Positions 29,214 to 41,360 of a stretch of DNA of 64,000 bases are shown here, piece after piece (position 1 is the stretch's first letter; each line of letters begins with the position of its first letter). A model generated the notes under the pieces. The model saw only the letters and a program-made list of their open reading frames with translations. It was not told the origin of the DNA and made no database searches. The stretch spans positions 32,356 to 96,355 of the forward strand of contig CAYWKB010000001.1 in assembly GCA_964459225.1 (NCBI GenBank). Direction: 5' to 3'. Position numbers and translations under genes: made by a program. The stretch is from an uncultured Candidatus Saccharibacteria bacterium (lineage in GTDB: Bacteria; Patescibacteriota; Minisyncoccia; Phycocordibacterales; PALSA-1337).

Positions 29214-30128
29214 TTATTGTATACCTCTTTCTAACCTCACATTTTCTTGTATTTGTGCACCACTATTATCTCTACTGTATTTTAAAGATTGGACAACAAT
29301 AATTGGTACTATCGTTATTAGTAATATTGAAATTATTACACCATAAACAGTTAACGCTACAAATACTTTTTTCTGTTTTTTTAATTTTTCATCTGGCACA
29401 ACCTCAATCTTAATAGATTTCAATGAACTATATATTTTATAAATTAAAATAAAATATATCGATGATATCATGATTGGCACAAATTGATTTATAATTCCAA
29501 ACATAATCTCGGCATACTTTGGAAACATTGAAAAATGAACTAATATTATCTGAGGAACAATTATTACAAGTATAAAGAAAAAAGATATAAGAGAAGCAAC
29601 TAGAGTGACATTAAATACATTAACAGCATTTCCCTTAATATAATTATAACTTGCAATTAATGCTTGATATCCCTTTTTTTCTTCTTTAACTAAAACGACT
29701 TGTACCAACATCAGGTACATTCCAAGTATTAGAGCAGGAAGTATGAATGGCACAAATGAACCCATAACTACTATTGCCATTATTAGGGAAATTAAGAGTA
29801 CACTAGGAAGCTTTTTAAACGCGTATTTATATGATTCATTTAATGAAAAATTATTATTTTCAATATCCGACATAGATTTATAAAATATAATTGGTAATAA
29901 AATATTTATAAATGCTGACAACATCGAAATTATAAATGACACAAATGAAGATATTGATTCAATACCAGTCTCAAAACTTGGACCACTTGTTAGTGTCTGA
30001 GATACACCTATCAATAGAGGCACTAACATTATTGATAATATTATTTTGAAATTATCTCTGTAGTAGATTACTGACTCTTTAATTATTTGTGTAATTTTTG
30101 GAAAACTTCCAATTGTGTTTGTGTCCAT
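29214..30128 (-). CDS. polytopic membrane protein, hypothetical
   Basis: 304 aa, ~8 TM helices. Confidence 0.4.
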   Translation of the reverse strand: MDTNTIGSFPKITQIIKESVIYYRDNFKIILSIMLVPLLIGVSQTLTSGPSFETGIESISSFVSFIISMLSAFINILLPIIFYKSMSDIENNNFSLNESYKYAFKKLPSVLLISLIMAIVVMGSFVPFILPALILGMYLMLVQVVLVKEEKKGYQALIASYNYIKGNAVNVFNVTLVASLISFFFILVIIVPQIILVHFSMFPKYAEIMFGIINQFVPIMISSIYFILIYKIYSSLKSIKIEVVPDEKLKKQKKVFVALTVYGVIISILLITIVPIIVVQSLKYSRDNSGAQIQENVRLERGIQ

Positions 30129-30206
30129 TTTATTTTTATTATTTTTTTCTATTATAACAAAAATAACACTATTTCTCCATAGTGTCTGTGTTGTTTTAAT
30201 TGAATA

Positions 30207-30321
30207 CTTTGTACTGGCGACTAGCTACTTTCCCCTTCATATGAGTATCATCGCCGCAACTGCGTTTCACTTCCGTGTTCGGAATGGGAACGGGTGTTTC
30301 CACAGCGCCAAATCACCAGAA
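30207..30321 (-). rRNA. rrf: 5S rRNA
   Basis: rc contains GCGTTTCACTTCCGTGTTCGGAATGGGAACGGGTGTTTCC matching conserved 5S core. Confidence 0.8.
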
Positions 30322-30720
30322 CAAAAAATTCAATCTGTTGATAAAAATTCAGATAAACAAAAGCTTATCGAATTTTAATAAATAAAGGTTTGTGCTTGTT
30401 ATAGACAAGTAATTGTGGTTCTTAAATTTCCTAATAGGATCGACGGATTAGTACTTCTCAGCTTAACATATTACTATGCGTACACCTAAAGCCTATCAAC
30501 GTAATCATCTCTTACGGGTCTCAAACGATTCCTAATCTTGGGGTTGGCTTCCTTCTTAGATGCTTTCAGAAGTTATCCATTCCGAACATAGCTACACTGC
30601 GATGCTCTTGGCAGAACAGCAGTCACACCAGAGGTTCGTTCAATTTGGTCCTCTCGTACTAAAATCAAATCCCCTCAAGAATCAACGCCTGCAGTAGATA
30701 GGAGACCAACCTGTCTCACG

Positions 30721-31276
30721 CTTGTTATCATAGATTACTCTATGCAATGGACTATAGCTTCACCTTCTTACGAAGGTTGTTAACGTTTAGTCTCTACGGG
30801 TGTTTATGAGTTTTGAAGAGAAGGCGAGACACAAGTTCCTGAGCTTTCGCCCCTCGTCCCCTAGGGGACTCTTAGGCGTGATTCCTTCGGATACGCCTAG
30901 CAATACATGTGCCTCACCAAAATTTGAGAACAAAAATTCTCTACAAAACTCACAAACTTCCCTCGGTATTATCCCTTTTTCATGGACTTCCACCGATTTT
31001 AGTTAACTTGATCTTTCTTATATTACTATAAGTGACCGCCGTGTTTGATTGATCTACTTCCTATACTTTTATTTTGTATAAATGTTACTTTATACTTTTC
31101 TTAAACGAAAAACTCGAAGTGATTCAGACTGTTCAATTGTTATAATTGCTTTACAAAATTATATTTCTCAAAATACTCGCATACTTTTCTGCTGAAAAGT
31201 TGCTCTTCTCGGCGCCAAGCGCCTGCGAAAGGTATTTTTCGAAACAAATTTTGCTCCGCTTAGTCATCACAACTAA
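30721..31276 (-). ncRNA. group I-like intron in 23S at E. coli position ~2593 (between ...AGACCGU and CGUGAGACAG), ~556 nt, no convincing homing-endonuclease ORF
   Basis: exon sequences contiguous in E. coli are split here; 5' exon ends in U, insertion ends in G; internal GCGG can pair with exon CCGU (P1 with U.G); known hotspot for group I introns. Confidence 0.55.
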
Positions 31277-31942
31277 ACGGTCTGAACCCAGCTCGCGTAA
31301 CTTTTTAATTGGCGAACAGCCAAACCCTTGGAAGCTTCTCCACCTCCAGGATAAGTTGAGCCGACATCGAGGTGCCGAACTGCGCCGTCGCTATGAACGC
31401 TTAGGCGCAACCAGCCTGTTATCCCTAGAGTAGCTTTTGGTCCGATAATCTTCCCCCGCGTCTAATGCGTAAGGTCGGTTCACTATGTTCTGCTTTCGCA
31501 TCTGTTCGACAAGTACGTCTTACAGTCAAGCCAGCTTATGCCATTACACTATCGGCACGGTTTCCATTCGCGCCTAGCTGACCTTAATAAACTCCTCCGT
31601 TACTTTTTAGGAGGATAGCGCCCCACTAAAACTGCCCGCCAGATTCTGTCTCTTGCCGTTTTTGCCGTCAAGGTTAGAATATATATTTTTTAAGAATGGT
31701 ATTTCACTGTCGGATCCATCTTCCCCGAAAGAAAAACTTCAAATCCTCCCATCTACGCTACGCATAAAAAACATATAGTCAAAATCAAGTTGCAGTAAAG
31801 CTTCTAGGGTCTTTTCGTCTAACTGCAGGTAATCGGCATCTTCACCGATATTGTATTTTCACCGAGCAAGTCTCCGAGACAGTTCTCCAGACATTACACT
31901 ATTCGTGCGCGTCAGAACTTACCTGACAAGGAATTTCGCTCT

Positions 31943-32194
<252 letters not shown>

Positions 32195-32997
32195 CAGGGC
32201 TTACAACAGTCAGCTTGATATAATCGCACCGCCGTTGTTTGACCTTCTGGCATTGGTCAAGTGTCACCCCCTATACATCCTCTTACGAGTTCGCAGGGAG
32301 CTGTGTTTTTGATAAACAGTTGCCAGAGATACTTTAGCTGCGGCCCTTCTTGCGAAGGGCAAGCCTTATTCCGAAGTTACGGCTGATTTTTTGCCGAGTT
32401 CCTTGGAGACCTCTCACTCGTTCGCCTTGGTCTACTCGACCTGAACACCTGTGTCGGTTTGCGGTACGGTTCCTGCATAGATAAGTTTAGAAGATTTTCT
32501 TGGAAGCGCGCTTTATAACATCTAAAAGGGCGAACCCCTCTATTTTCACTCTACTCGGAATTGTCATCAAAGACATTACCCGGATTTTCCTGGGTAAATT
32601 CCCTATAGCATGAACTCAAATCCAATAATGAGCGTCATATACTGCACTCCGTCCCTTCATCACTCTATACAAAAGTCATGGAATATTAACCATGTGTCCA
32701 TCGGGTGCGGTTTTCACCATCCCCTTAGGCCCGACTAACCCTTGGCTGATTTACATAGCCAAGGAAACCTTGTTCTTTCGGCGTGCCGGATTCTCACCGG
32801 CATTGTGGTTACTTGTGCCAACATTCTTACTTCCAAACGCTCCAGCATGGCTCACGCCTTTGCCTTCAACGCAGATTGGAATACTCTCCTACCACTGTAT
32901 ATTATCGAAATAAAATACAATCCTCAGTTTCGGTATCATGTTTAACCCCGATTATCTGCGGCGCAGAATCTCTCGATGAGTGAGCTGTTACGCTTTC

Positions 32998-33029
<32 letters not shown>

Positions 33030-33602
33030 TCATTGTTTGAGAAATTCAACCACCTTAAGCGTACTTAACATGAATTTAGGGACCTTAAATGGAGATCTAG
33101 GCTGTTTCCTTTTTGACGTATGGAGCTTAGCCCCCACCGTCTAACTGCTGAATAATTTAACCTCTGTATTCGGAGTTTGATAGGTCTCGTGATCTTTCGA
33201 CCTGTCGAGACCTTCCAGTGCTCTACCCCAGAGGGGTACATTCAACGCTAGCCCAAAAGCTATTTCGGAGAGAACCAGCTATTACCAGATTCGATTAGCT
33301 TATCACTCCTTACCTCAAGTCATCGCAGAGAATTGCACAACTCTAGCGTTCGGACCTCCCTTTCCACTTCTGAAAAGTTCATCCTGCTCAAGGCAAGCTC
33401 ATCTGGCTTCGGGTCTGATGCATACTACGAACGCGCTATTCACACTCGGTTTCCCTGTGGCTCCAGTCTCTCGACCTTAGCCTGCAGCATGCTTCAACTC
33501 GTTGGCTCATTCTTCAATAGGCACGCAGTCGAGGTATTGCTACCTCTTCTACTCCTTGTAAATATATGGTTTCAGGTCTATTTCATCGCCCTTACCGGGC
33601 TG

Positions 33603-33642
<40 letters not shown>

Positions 33643-34545
33643 TTCTAGAATATTTAGCCTTACCGGTTAGTTCCGGCAGATTCCCCCGAGCTATTCGTGT
33701 CTCGAGGTACTCAAGAATAGGAACAAAAAAGATCTTTTGATTTCGACTACAGGGCTATCACCTTCTGGGGCTAAGCTTTCCAGCTTATTCTTCTATCAAA
33801 AAATTTTGTAACTTTTCTGTTATAAATAACACGTTCCTACCTTACTACCCCCAACCTTTATCGCACGATAGGACATGAGAGACATTGCTGTCCCCCAAAA
33901 TTCCTATAGCACGATAAAGGTTGAGTTTGGGCTCTTCCGCTTTCGCTCGCCGCTACTTACGAAATTCTTATTTAGTCTCTATTCCTCCAGGTACTGAAAT
34001 GTTTTACTTCCCTGGGTGCGCATTCAAATATCAAGTACTTGAATTCTGACTCGAGGTCAGAGGGTTTCCCCATTCGGAGTCTTCCGGATCAAAGGTTGCT
34101 AGGCACCTCCCCGGAAAATATCGTCGCCATGCCACGTCCTTCATCGCTTCTTAGAAGCCTAGGCATCCACCATATACTCTTAAATTTCCCATTAGGAAAT
34201 CTAAAAACCACAATTATTTGTCTACAACTTACAACATACTATTTAATGTATATATTCGAAAAAACCCTAACATATATACATCTTATAGTATTACCTTTAT
34301 TTATCACTCAGTAACTTCCTGATTGTTGAAATTACTGAGTTATTTAATTGTCAATGTTTCTGTCATTATGTTATTGAATTTTTCATTTCAATTTTACAAA
34401 AAAATCGCTTTATTAAGCGACCTTTCCTAACACCGTTTTAAAGCGTTATTATGGCCGTTTAAATAGTGAAGTTTTTAACATATTTCTGTGTAAGGGATAG
34501 TGTATACGAAGGTGAAATTAAAGTCAATAGCGATACATAAAATAG

Positions 34546-34578
34546 AACAAAAAACACACATTTCTGTGTGCTTTTTGT
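34546..34578 (-). terminator. hairpin CACACA-tttc-TGTGTG + T-run; terminator for 34602-35294 gene
   Basis: read directly. Confidence 0.5.
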
Positions 34579-34601
34579 TTGATAATTAATTTAAAATTAA
34601 A

Positions 34602-35294
34602 TTACTCTTTATCTGAAATAGCTCTGATTGTCTTTTCAACTATCTCTCCCGCTGCCTCCTTTCCTCCTAATCCAAATGACAATCCTAGTGCTAGAGCAAT
34701 AGCTACTATTATTCCCATAAACAATGTATTTAGAAGTGTTTGAGCAATACCTAGTTGGTATAATGCTGCTAAGACTGCAAATACCCATATTGACCACTTT
34801 GCTACTGCGCCAAGCATTAATGCTGACTTAATATGTGCAGCACGTGCTGAAGCAACAACTATTCTGTGTACTGCATCAGCTATAACTGCTGATACCATAA
34901 TTACAAGAACTGCTACTATAACATTTGGTAAATATGAAAGAACAACACTCTTTAGAAAATCATTTACTTGCTGTAGTCCTAGAACATCAAATGATGCAAC
35001 CAAGAAAACCACAATGATAAACCACTTTATAAGTGATCCAACAAATCTTCCTGAGTTAAGCTTATGTCCTGATCTCTCAACAACATCCTCTAGACCTGCT
35101 GTCTTAAGAGCTTGATCTATTTTGAATGTCTTAAATAGACCTTCGATTAATTTTTCAACTAATGCTGCCAATATCCAACCGATAGCAAAAATGATTATCG
35201 CTATTACAAGTGTTGGTAAAAAGTCTGCAATACCAAACCATATACTTTGTAATGACTGTGTAAATACGACACCCCAATTTTCTACAAAATTCAT
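34602..35294 (-). CDS. membrane protein with tandem conserved-TM-helix repeats (mechanosensitive-channel-associated type)
   Basis: 230 aa, repeated hydrophobic helix units. Confidence 0.4.
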   Translation of the reverse strand: MNFVENWGVVFTQSLQSIWFGIADFLPTLVIAIIIFAIGWILAALVEKLIEGLFKTFKIDQALKTAGLEDVVERSGHKLNSGRFVGSLIKWFIIVVFLVASFDVLGLQQVNDFLKSVVLSYLPNVIVAVLVIMVSAVIADAVHRIVVASARAAHIKSALMLGAVAKWSIWVFAVLAALYQLGIAQTLLNTLFMGIIVAIALALGLSFGLGGKEAAGEIVEKTIRAISDKE

Positions 35295-35348
35295 AATTTA
35301 AATTAAATTAGCCTTGTTAATAATTACTAATACAATAATTATAACATT

Positions 35349-35975
35349 TTATTTATTTAGAATTCCAAGCTTATCCACAAGTATAGTATGTGGTGAATCT
35401 AAAATATCTCTAATCAATCTATCGTGAATACCTAACCTGTATTCAAAATCTGTAGTTTCAAATGCTGAATATGCTATTTCCCTCCCTATTTCTGATTCTA
35501 TATTTTTAATAACGATTTCTAATTTACTCATATTTAAATCATCTCCAACTATAAGCAAATCGACTCTAGAATCCCATTCTTGTATAAAAAGACCTGAAGC
35601 GAGGAATAATTTCATCTTTCCTGCTGTGCCAATTTTTCTAACCAAACTATCATCTGCATGTAGACTTGCTGTAATTAAGAGATTTTTAAGTGATTGTAAA
35701 TAAGGAAATTTTGTATCTAAAACATAGCCGACATCATTTAACTTTTTTATAACAACCTTTTTACCCTTTTTCTGATGTATCTCTCTAGTAATATTTCTCT
35801 TTTTAATTAGACCAATATTTAGCAGTATTGTGATTTCCTTTTTTATGTCTTTTATATTTGATTTTGACCTTTCTACAATATCAACAATCGGATATGCTAT
35901 ATCAGTATTAAATAGGAACATTCTCATTATTTTGACCTTGGTGGCGTTTCCGAATAACTTTTCTAGTATTTCCAT
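35349..35975 (-). CDS. hypothetical protein, possible winged-helix regulator
   Basis: 208 aa, N-terminal HTH-like segment. Confidence 0.3.
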   Translation of the reverse strand: MEILEKLFGNATKVKIMRMFLFNTDIAYPIVDIVERSKSNIKDIKKEITILLNIGLIKKRNITREIHQKKGKKVVIKKLNDVGYVLDTKFPYLQSLKNLLITASLHADDSLVRKIGTAGKMKLFLASGLFIQEWDSRVDLLIVGDDLNMSKLEIVIKNIESEIGREIAYSAFETTDFEYRLGIHDRLIRDILDSPHTILVDKLGILNK

Positions 35976-35988
35976 ATTTCACATAATA

Positions 35989-36023
35989 ACAAAAAACCAC
36001 CGTGATGTCAGGTGGTTTTTTGT
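35989..36023. terminator. hairpin AACCACC-gtgatgtca-GGTGGTT + T6; terminator after rplL
   Basis: read directly. Confidence 0.6.
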
Positions 36024-36038
36024 TGTATAATATTTTAT

Positions 36039-36419
36039 TTATTTATATTCTACCTTACCTCCAGCTTCCTCTATTTTCTTCTTTAGTACATCTGCATCCT
36101 CTTTCTTCATTCCGTCCTTTACTAATATTGGAGCTCCATCAACCATATCCTTTGCCTCCTTTAGTCCAAGACCTAATGCTTCCTTTACAACCTTTATAAC
36201 AGCGATCTTTTGATCACCTGCTGCTGTTAAGTGAAGTGCAACAGTTGATTTTTCATCTGATGCGGCTGCTGCAACTGGTGCTGCAACTGCTACCGCGGCT
36301 GCTGAAACACCGAATTTCTTTTCTAATAATTTAACTAATTCATTTAGATCAAGAACTGACATAGTCTCAATAGACTCTACAATTGACTTGAACTTTGCTG
36401 GTACTTCTACTGTTTCCAT
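36039..36419 (-). CDS. rplL: 50S ribosomal protein L7/L12
   Basis: Ala-rich hinge + C-terminal [40 protein letters not shown]. Confidence 0.9.
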   Translation of the reverse strand: METVEVPAKFKSIVESIETMSVLDLNELVKLLEKKFGVSAAAVAVAAPVAAAASDEKSTVALHLTAAGDQKIAVIKVVKEALGLGLKEAKDMVDGAPILVKDGMKKEDADVLKKKIEEAGGKVEYK

Positions 36420-36462
36420 TTTTTTAATTTTAATTTAATAATTTATAATTTCAATTTTAAAC

Positions 36463-36954
36463 CTAAGCTGTCTTTTTCTTTGCTATTTGATCAAGTGCCA
36501 TTACAAATCCTTGTATTGGTGAATTTATAACGTTTACAAACATACCACGAAGTGTATTTACAGAAGGTATTAGGGCTATTCCCATCATTTCCTCCTTTGT
36601 CATATACTTACCATCAAATACTCCCCCGAGAATAGTTATATTGCCCTTATATTTCTTTTGGAATTCATATACCTCACGTGCAGGTGCGATAAGATCTGGA
36701 CCAAATGCTAGACCTACCTCTCCTGTAAGTTCAGGTAATATTCCTTCTATTTTCTTTGATTCAAGAGCCTTTCTTGTAAGACTTTTCTTTGATACAAAAA
36801 ATCCTACATTTTCACTCTTCAATTTTCTACGTACCAATGTAGTATCTCCCACATTTAATCCGTGAAAATTAACAAAGATCATAGAGTTGGCGTCCTTAAC
36901 TATACTTTGGAGTTTTTCAAGTATTTCCTTTTTCTCTACTTTTGTTCTTGCCAT
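36463..36954 (-). CDS. rplJ: 50S ribosomal protein L10
   Basis: 163 aa L10 pattern, upstream of rplL; ~180-nt leader upstream (36955-37140) is candidate L10-leader autoregulatory region. Confidence 0.85.
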   Translation of the reverse strand: MARTKVEKKEILEKLQSIVKDANSMIFVNFHGLNVGDTTLVRRKLKSENVGFFVSKKSLTRKALESKKIEGILPELTGEVGLAFGPDLIAPAREVYEFQKKYKGNITILGGVFDGKYMTKEEMMGIALIPSVNTLRGMFVNVINSPIQGFVMALDQIAKKKTA

Positions 36955-37141
36955 TTTATTTAATTATTTAATAACTAGCGACCTTTATAAGGATATAGAG
37001 TGGTTCTATTTAAAAATAGAAGAACCTCGGAAGGATATTAAAGGGATATTCCCATACCTTCTGTCTCTGGCCTTATGAAATATAAGTTAACAAAATAGAG
37101 CAGATTAGTCAAACTTTGTCGCGTATTACAAAATAAGAATA

Positions 37142-39910
37142 CTATTTATTTTGAATTTCTATATCTTTTATCATTTTTTCAATCCCCGTAATGGTCTTTG
37201 TGAATTCCGAGTTATTAAGCTTTATTTCTTTGATTTTAATGTTGGTAGTAATCATGGTGTTATCGGGTTTATAACCATTTTTTCTTAATTTAGTCTCAAG
37301 CCTGCTGATTTTCATAAGTAGGCTATTGACTCTTTTATCTTCATTCACCCTAATAGAAAATAGTATCTTTTTCAATGTAGCAATATAGGTAGATAGATCA
37401 GAAATTGGTCCCAATTTACTTTCTGAAATCAAATCATCTGATTTATTAATAAAATCAATTGTGTTATTACCATCAATATCTATCTTTATTTGCGAACTAC
37501 TTGCAAAGTCTATTGTACTTGTAGCGAGTTCGATTTCGGCTATTGAATTTGTAGTTATTGGCATATCACTAAAATTAATCGAAGTTATTGTATTATCATT
37601 TTGTATTACTCTTGCATCGACAGAAAAAGGGGCTGTGTCCAAACCTTTCAACTTAATCTTATACTGCATTCCATCGTATGGAAGTATTAACATTTTTACC
37701 CTACCATACTCCTCATAATACGAGTCTGGTATATCGGTATCATATTTATTAATATCATTTGAAATACTCAGATTATCTACAGCTCTTCCTGTATGATTAC
37801 CATCCTCATCATATGCATCAATACTTACCGGTGAATGAACCTTAACACTTAGATACTTTGTATCATCAACTGGTTTAGTAGCTGAAAAATATGAGTCATA
37901 GGTGTTAGCAATTTGATTATTTACGGTCACTAAACTATTTATTTTTTCAATCAATTCATCTGAATTAAATATATTTGAATGATTAATACTTAATTTCTTA
38001 GCAGTCTTTAATTTTTTTAAATTTAGATATTCAGTATTTGAACCGTTTATAAAATCACTCATATTTATAACAGTTCCGTCACCATCATTCGTGAAAATAG
38101 GATTAAATTCAATGGGACATTTTAATACAAAACAGTGCGGCTCTCTTTGATACTCAATACCTTGAGTTGTGATATTGCCCCATCCTTTAATATTTACTAT
38201 TTTTGTGGAGCTTGAAATCAACAAATTATCTAAGGTATTGTGTAAATTTTCACTTTCGGTGAGTAAGGTTTTATTTAATAATAGAGGAATATTTATATCA
38301 TCAGTGTTTTTAAGAGAAAAAGAATTACCAATTAAAAAATCCTTAATCTGCGTATAACCGGACAAAACCTTGCTCGAAGTAGCGCTACTATATGAATCTA
38401 TAATCTTAATATCTTTATTATTATCAAATATTTTTAATGATGGTAGCAAACCATATGCACCAGGCAAGTTTTGTGAAAATTTTCTGGATTTATTCTCAGT
38501 TAAAAATATTCCCCCAAGTATAGACTGACCATAGCCATGCAACATTCCTAATAGAGCCTGTGGTGTACCGAGATCAGGCACAGCAACAAAAATTATCTTA
38601 TCTATAGTATCACCCCTACCCTTATCATTTAATTTCTTTATAAGTGCCTTTGTAAATAAACCACCATTACTATGAGAAATTATAGTTACCTTACCCGTCT
38701 TTGATGTTGAAGCCATGCTATATACACTGTTTATCACATTATTATCAATTAATGAAAAAACATTATATCTCCAATCATATGGTATTGATTTCCATGAATT
38801 TATATTTTTATTTTCAACAATATGATTTAAATAGTCAATTAAATTGGAATATATACTTTTAACACCGTATGCTTTATCAATAATATCCTTAGCGTATATT
38901 CCACTATTTATACTTTGCCCCTTAACATTCATACTTAAAATATCTATATCCTTTTCCCTATTTGGCTCCCATAGCATATTTGTACTAGTGCCTAATACAC
39001 CCTTATCATCTTTATATAATCTAGTCGCTTGTATGCCGGGTATAAAAATTATATTTGAGCAACATATATCAGGAGATACAATATTGTCTTTCCAGGGACT
39101 ATAGATAACGTCTCCTAGTATAATATCGCCAAATTGATCATTTTTAATTGTATCTTGTGTATTTGGTCCCTTAGCATTACCCCACCAATTGTCTTCAGCA
39201 AATACAGGATTTGTCGACGAATTGTCTATTGCATAATTTTGATTATCAAATAAATTTGAATTAGAAATGTTAATAATATTTTGATAAATATCTAAATCAT
39301 ATTGACCATCTTCCCTTGCCATTATTACAGCATTTCCAATACCACCTATTTCAGATTTTATATTATTCTTAACCTGGAATACCTGACCTTCGTATTCTGA
39401 TTTTATACCGTTAATATTATTATTTATTGTACTATTATCTATTTTTAAATTACTACCTCTTGAAATAATGGCATTTTTTGAATTTTTAATTATTGAGTTT
39501 GTAATTGTGGTTGTACTTTTTTCTAAAATCAATTCTGAATTATCAAAAACCGCGTATTTAATTACTGAATTATTTGAAACCAGATTGATTTCACCCAAAT
39601 CTTTAAACAAAACTTCATTATCTTTACTGCCATTAATGTTAATGCCTCCATCTACTGTGATTGCCACCCTATCATTTTCATCATTTTTTAAAGATTCAAT
39701 TTTAACACCGCTATCAATATTTAATTTATATTTATCAGGAATATATATTGATTCATCAATAATATATGGACTACCACTGTCTTTCCACTCCAAATTATCT
39801 AATATGTTTGCAGAGTTGATATGAGTAAGTGCCGAAACCATCTTTAGTGGAAATAACAATATAAAGAAAGTAATTATAGAAATGATTATATATGGATTTT
39901 TGATTTTCAT
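37142..39910 (-). CDS. large secreted protein: N-terminal right-handed beta-helix repeats + alpha/beta-hydrolase lipase/esterase domain (LCAT/PGAP1-like, HSNGG nucleophile elbow) + C-terminal extension
   Basis: 922 aa; signal peptide; parallel beta-helix repeat signatures (NSIIKNSKNAIISRGSNLKIDNSTINNN); IISHSNGGL = GxSxG. Confidence 0.55.
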   Translation of the reverse strand: MKIKNPYIIISIITFFILLFPLKMVSALTHINSANILDNLEWKDSGSPYIIDESIYIPDKYKLNIDSGVKIESLKNDENDRVAITVDGGININGSKDNEVLFKDLGEINLVSNNSVIKYAVFDNSELILEKSTTTITNSIIKNSKNAIISRGSNLKIDNSTINNNINGIKSEYEGQVFQVKNNIKSEIGGIGNAVIMAREDGQYDLDIYQNIINISNSNLFDNQNYAIDNSSTNPVFAEDNWWGNAKGPNTQDTIKNDQFGDIILGDVIYSPWKDNIVSPDICCSNIIFIPGIQATRLYKDDKGVLGTSTNMLWEPNREKDIDILSMNVKGQSINSGIYAKDIIDKAYGVKSIYSNLIDYLNHIVENKNINSWKSIPYDWRYNVFSLIDNNVINSVYSMASTSKTGKVTIISHSNGGLFTKALIKKLNDKGRGDTIDKIIFVAVPDLGTPQALLGMLHGYGQSILGGIFLTENKSRKFSQNLPGAYGLLPSLKIFDNNKDIKIIDSYSSATSSKVLSGYTQIKDFLIGNSFSLKNTDDINIPLLLNKTLLTESENLHNTLDNLLISSSTKIVNIKGWGNITTQGIEYQREPHCFVLKCPIEFNPIFTNDGDGTVINMSDFINGSNTEYLNLKKLKTAKKLSINHSNIFNSDELIEKINSLVTVNNQIANTYDSYFSATKPVDDTKYLSVKVHSPVSIDAYDEDGNHTGRAVDNLSISNDINKYDTDIPDSYYEEYGRVKMLILPYDGMQYKIKLKGLDTAPFSVDARVIQNDNTITSINFSDMPITTNSIAEIELATSTIDFASSSQIKIDIDGNNTIDFINKSDDLISESKLGPISDLSTYIATLKKILFSIRVNEDKRVNSLLMKISRLETKLRKNGYKPDNTMITTNIKIKEIKLNNSEFTKTITGIEKMIKDIEIQNK

Positions 39911-39955
39911 ATGAAGTTAATTAAGCTATTAATTAACTTATATTAATCTATACCG

Positions 39956-40001
39956 ATGAAATCCAAATAAAATCGAAATAAAATCTAAATGAAATTTTTA
40001 T
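39956..40001. repeat. intergenic repeat element copy A (core AATAAAATCTAAATGAAATTTTTAT, preceded by TGAAATCC...ATAAAAT, with TGAAATCC/GGATTTCA inverted repeat)
   Basis: 25-nt core identical to 50371-50395. Confidence 0.6.
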
Positions 40002-40223
40002 CAGGATTTCATTTTGTACTTTCCAATTAATGGGATTTGATTAAATGATGTGTCGTTAAATATGAAAGATGATTATTTACCTGTCTGCAAAACCTTAACT
40101 TGTTGTGAGTTTAAACTAGTACTGTATTGACCAACAAAAAGCATCATTAAAAAACTTGCACATAATATAAAACTGAAACCTAAAATAAATTTAAAAAAGT
40201 TTTGATCAAAAGGGTTTTTCATA

Positions 40224-41216
40224 TTATTTACGTAAACTATTAACATAATTATATACTATTGCTGACAATTCAGATATAACAGATTCTAATTCTTTAAAGT
40301 CATGACCTTTAGTCATAATACATATTAGGTATGGTCTTTGTGGATAATATACTATTCCACAATCATGTAGCTCTCTATCTTGTACCTTATTATCCTCTAA
40401 TTCATAAGTATGTTCACCAAATTTATGAGCTACAACAATATCTTTTGGAATACCAGAAATTATACCTTTATTAAAGGTGGTCTTTGTTAGTAAATCTAAT
40501 GCCTTTTCAGACATTTCTCTTGATAGATATGTAGAGTTATACAATGCCCTAAGTAGGGATGAATACGATCTAGGTGACATAAACCCATCTACATCATCCA
40601 AATTATTTGCTAGTGGCAACTGAAATGTTTTATATGCCTTATTAAAAATGTTTTCACTATCCTGTTTATCAAATATACTAAGTACAGTATTGTCAGAATA
40701 TATAATCATCTGCTTTATCAGCTCGTCAAATGTGTAATTTCCAACACTTAATATTTTTTCTGGTGGATAATTTTGCCCATAGTCTTTATCGTATTTATAA
40801 AACAACTTCTTTGAGAGCAAACCTTCTACATCCTGTGATTGTCTGTAATAACTCATCATTCCCAAGACTTTTAACATACTTGATGGATGATATTTAAAAT
40901 CCTCATTAACTCCAGTCCAGTGACCAGAGTTCATGTCTCTATAATATACTGAGATTGACTCAGCCTTATTTTCTTTTGTGCTTTTTTTAATATAATTCTG
41001 TAAATCACTATCTAAAACACTAAACTCATCTTCATAAAAAAGCTTACTGATTCTATAGAATAATAGTGGGTTTATATACTTATAATCTTTTGAATTTTCT
41101 CTGACTTCAACTGGTATTGGTGCTTTATATTCAGTTCTACAATAAATAATCCCAATAAATATTCCGACTATAAGAATGGTAATAAATGATAGTATTTGTA
41201 TTCCGGTTTTTTTCAT
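40224..41216 (-). CDS. class A beta-lactamase-like serine hydrolase, membrane-anchored
   Basis: HPSSMLK (S-x-x-K), YSDN (SDN), HKFGE (KTG-like) motifs; N-terminal TM. Confidence 0.55.
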   Translation of the reverse strand: MKKTGIQILSFITILIVGIFIGIIYCRTEYKAPIPVEVRENSKDYKYINPLLFYRISKLFYEDEFSVLDSDLQNYIKKSTKENKAESISVYYRDMNSGHWTGVNEDFKYHPSSMLKVLGMMSYYRQSQDVEGLLSKKLFYKYDKDYGQNYPPEKILSVGNYTFDELIKQMIIYSDNTVLSIFDKQDSENIFNKAYKTFQLPLANNLDDVDGFMSPRSYSSLLRALYNSTYLSREMSEKALDLLTKTTFNKGIISGIPKDIVVAHKFGEHTYELEDNKVQDRELHDCGIVYYPQRPYLICIMTKGHDFKELESVISELSAIVYNYVNSLRK

Positions 41217-41360
41217 ATTTTCTTTATAACTGTATTTATATTTAGATAATTATATACCTATTATTACAATACACAATCAAAACTTTAGACAAAACAAAAA
41301 CCACCCGTTAAGGTGGCTTTTGTACATCATTTTAACCCGATGTTAGGAGATTAGAGTGAA

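Noticed and set aside
34193-34480. Clear -35/-10 promoter for 23S
   Set aside because: A TTGACA occurs on the minus strand (rc of 34350-34355) but no convincing -10 at correct spacing; left unannotated
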